Shown here one piece after another: positions 61,480-64,000 of a stretch of DNA of 64,000 nt (position 1 is the first letter of the stretch; every line of letters starts with the position of its first letter). Both the position numbers and the translations under genes were made by a program. Source of the DNA: Octopus sinensis (lineage: Eukaryota); NCBI RefSeq assembly GCF_006345805.1, contig NW_021836126.1, positions 310,001 through 374,000 of the forward strand, written 5' to 3'. The notes beneath the pieces are model-generated. The model was given only the letters and a program-made list of their open reading frames with translations. It ran no database searches and had not been told where the DNA came from.

Positions 61480-62040
61480 GAATTTTCCTATGCATGTAAT
61501 GTTTCAAAAAACGACATTCCACACTTGAATGGCTTTCTCAATAGTGCAAATGTAAACAGAACGACGGCTACGTTTAACTGGTGGCAACATTCCTCGTCCT
61601 CCTGCGTATTCCTCTACCCGAAAGTCCAACTCGACCGAAAACTCAGTAAACGAGTCGACCTTCTCCTTTACAATAGCCACAAATGGAAGGACGATAATCA
61701 CATTTTTTACTGTGGCACAATATTGTTCGGAGAGTGAGAAGCTCTGCCATCAAAGTCTTGCCTCCGCTAGTCCGCTAGTGGAAGAGATATTATCAGGTTC
61801 CCTCCCGAACGAATTGTGGGCATTGACAGGGCCTCCACCTGCCAGTCTTGCATTGATAATTAAAGCCGAATACCATACAGCTTTCGATGCCACGACGATA
61901 ACGCAATATTTCTTCCACTTTTGAAGGAAGGCCATAAAAACTTCCCACTGCGGACTGAGATGTCGAGTCGTCTATTTTGGCTGTCACTTCCAGTCGTTCT
62001 TGTGTGTTTTGATAGTTTTCGTTGAGCAAGTCTGTCTGAG
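61480..62040 (-). pseudogene. HELQ: HELQ (HEL308) helicase 5' fragment
   Basis: FYGLPSKV..GIE, WQ, SLPTSG[dup]GKT, LPFVAIVKEKV, VEEYAGGRG..PP, YICTIEKA. An 8-bp duplication at 61764-61779 disrupts the P-loop. Confidence 0.85.
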
Positions 62041-62795
62041 AACGGAAATCTGCTATCGAATTTTTATTTTATGTGAGTCTCCGTCTTAGGTCACTGTGAA
62101 GTGAAGGCTTTTCTTGCTTAAGGTTATTTTTAATTATGTTTTTGTTTATTGGAAAGCTGATTTGCTGTGACATTACTTTAAATTTCGATCAATAATGGAC
62201 AAACCAAAAACACCACTTAACACTATTTCCTAAACCGCCGTTCAAATTTAAAAACAAAATTATATTTTGGGTGTTAATTGATGTTTGTTTCGTCTAAGAA
62301 CTTAACAAGCCTTAATGAAATTTATTACTTTTGAATCCTGGACGTTGGTTAGACCCATTTAACTCTCATGAATGCAAAAATTGTTCTTACTTCCTTTGAT
62401 AGAAAGGCTTTTGAGAATTACGAGCTTCATGTAAAAGGAACCCTAGCAGTCTGACGTTTTTCAAAGGGCACATGACCTTCAATTTTGTTTAGTTCCTTCG
62501 GAAAATTCTAATTTTTTGCATTCAAATTATGCTAAAAATAAGCCCGACTTTGTTACTTGGTCATAAGAGGGCTAGTTGGTTTCCGTCAGTACAGAACACA
62601 AATGGTTTTAAATCCTAACAATTGATAAAACTGTGTGAGTTCATGCGCAGTTTGTGAGTCAATGTTTAACGTGATTAATTTAAAAACTTTGTATTTAAAT
62701 TTCCTTTTTGTCCGATACAATTAAACCGGAAATTATTTTCAATTATTATTTTTTGTGAACTAACTTGGTACCTCACATTGTACATAAACTACTCA

Positions 62796-63290
62796 TTAGA
62801 ACAAGCAGCCGAATGCTGACTTTTTTGGGTTGGAAAGAGTGTTCTCTTTCTTTTTGGTGAATGTTAGGACAGCATGAACTGCCGCTTCACAACCCCCCGG
62901 TGTGCCGACCCCTATTTGAGCTGGTTGTGTTATCAACGTAGGCAGAATTTTTGAGCGCCACCCAAGTCCTCCAAAGATAAAAAAACAGATAACACGATGA
63001 CTTGGGTGGCGCTCAACAAGTGATGTATAGGACTGTTCAGATTGCTCAATTATACGGTGTTGATCTGCAAGGGTTTTCACAACAGCACGGATTCCACCTT
63101 CAGAAAGTTTTCGACGGATAGCATTTCTTAATCTCTGAGTGTCCGAGATAGTCGATGTTGGCTATCCATGGTTTTGGGATTTGTAGGTGAGCTTATCTGA
63201 GTCTCCAGTTGATCTCTATTGCTATCGTGAGAGGCAAGGCAACGTCGATAATGTCGGCGAGGTTCACTCCTGATGGATGGCTGTGTAAAC
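62796..63290 (-). mobile_element. CRE-like fragment
   Basis: RRKLSEGGIRAVVK..ERHPS, QIGVGTPGGCEAAVHA. Bases 63230-63290 are homologous to 34130-34205. Confidence 0.75.
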
Positions 63291-63374
63291 TTTTAATTAT
63301 ATCTTTTCCATGTAAAAGATTATTTAATTAAAAACTTAAATAAAAAGGATTAGTATATATATTGTTTTGTGGTG

Positions 63375-64000
63375 ATGGATAATTCTCAGTTTTCTCGAGA
63401 GTATTCAGTTCGTGACCCGAGCTATTCTAATCACTGAACAAAACTAGAACAAAAAATAAACGTTTTCATCTGCTGGCATTCGGATCAGGCAACTAAGTCA
63501 AAGTTTCAAAAAGTTCAAAAGTAACCAACTCTCCCCACATCACCAGATCTCTATGCAACGGGAAAACAATCTCCGTGAATACAAACTCGCCAACGACAGC
63601 GACGTGGTCCCCAAATACGGTGCCGGGACTGAATACGGAAAAGACTTCCGCGATGAAGCCAAACGACGGAAATACGGAATAAAACGGGAAGATTACAGTG
63701 TAGATGACCAGCCGTGGATTTACAGACAAGGAATTGGAAAGGACACGAGAAAGTGTGTTTATTCGTCATTTCCAGGTTCAAGGGAGTAAAGGAAGGACAA
63801 ATAAACCAAAACGCGGACTACTATGTGTTTATGCAGAACAAGGACGGTGTTTTCGACGCATATCTGGTCGATTCAGTCTACAAAATGTATCCGACAGGTC
63901 GATATAAACATTTGTCGATAGATGAGGCAGAAAATGAATATAAAAAGTATATTTTCCATTTATAAATAGACATGATAAATATGTGGATCACTACCAGTTG
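63375..64000 (+). pseudogene. GTF2F1: TFIIF alpha (RAP74) 5' part, runs off the window; early defects
   Basis: EYSVR, PKYGAGTEYGK..RRKYGI..DDQPW, FKGVKEG, DYYVF, HLSIDEAENEY with 23-nt introns. TAA at 63494-63496 and a first donor lacking GT. Confidence 0.8.

Noticed and set aside
5275-63496. TAA reassigned to Gln or Glu (in-frame TAA in NUP98 5275, DDX5 GFEP*IR 18676, GTF2F1 63494)
   Set aside because: DDX5 also has frameshifts, GTF2F1 has a dead splice donor, and NUP98 is only a short fragment. TAG and TGA interrupt other relics, TAA ends the intact POU and RING ORFs, and the intact VAP and SLC7 genes need no readthrough. A genome-wide codon-usage test would settle it.

Overview
This is eukaryotic, very likely animal, nuclear DNA: it carries a POU-homeobox gene, and its genes have GT-AG introns of only 18-29 nt. 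That architecture is reported for reduced parasites such as dicyemids and myxozoans; the taxon is an inference and cannot be fixed from this window. The window is AT-rich and dominated by nested transposons: CRE-like and R4-like RLE retrotransposons, a Helitron, hAT, pogo, IS630/Tc1, Merlin, MULE and LINE remnants. Between them lie intron-containing, mostly damaged copies of housekeeping genes (KRR1, NUP98, IGHMBP2-like x3, DDX5/17, RRM1, DDX56, NAF1, COPA, HELQ, GTF2F1). Apparently intact genes are a divergent POU factor, a VAP/MSP protein, a RING protein, an SLC7 transporter with one GA-AG intron, and two small acidic orphan paralogs. The best leads are (1) a CRE-like retrotransposon family with an N-terminal PHD finger and a conserved 5' terminal motif, (2) a decayed bacterial-type glpD, (3) an intronless orphan ORF fused to a retrotransposon piece that may be a viral nucleoprotein insertion, (4) the small orphan gene pair next to hAT ends, and (5) a pervasive pattern of short deletions and templated duplications. 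All protein assignments are by-eye motif recognition; no database searches were run.
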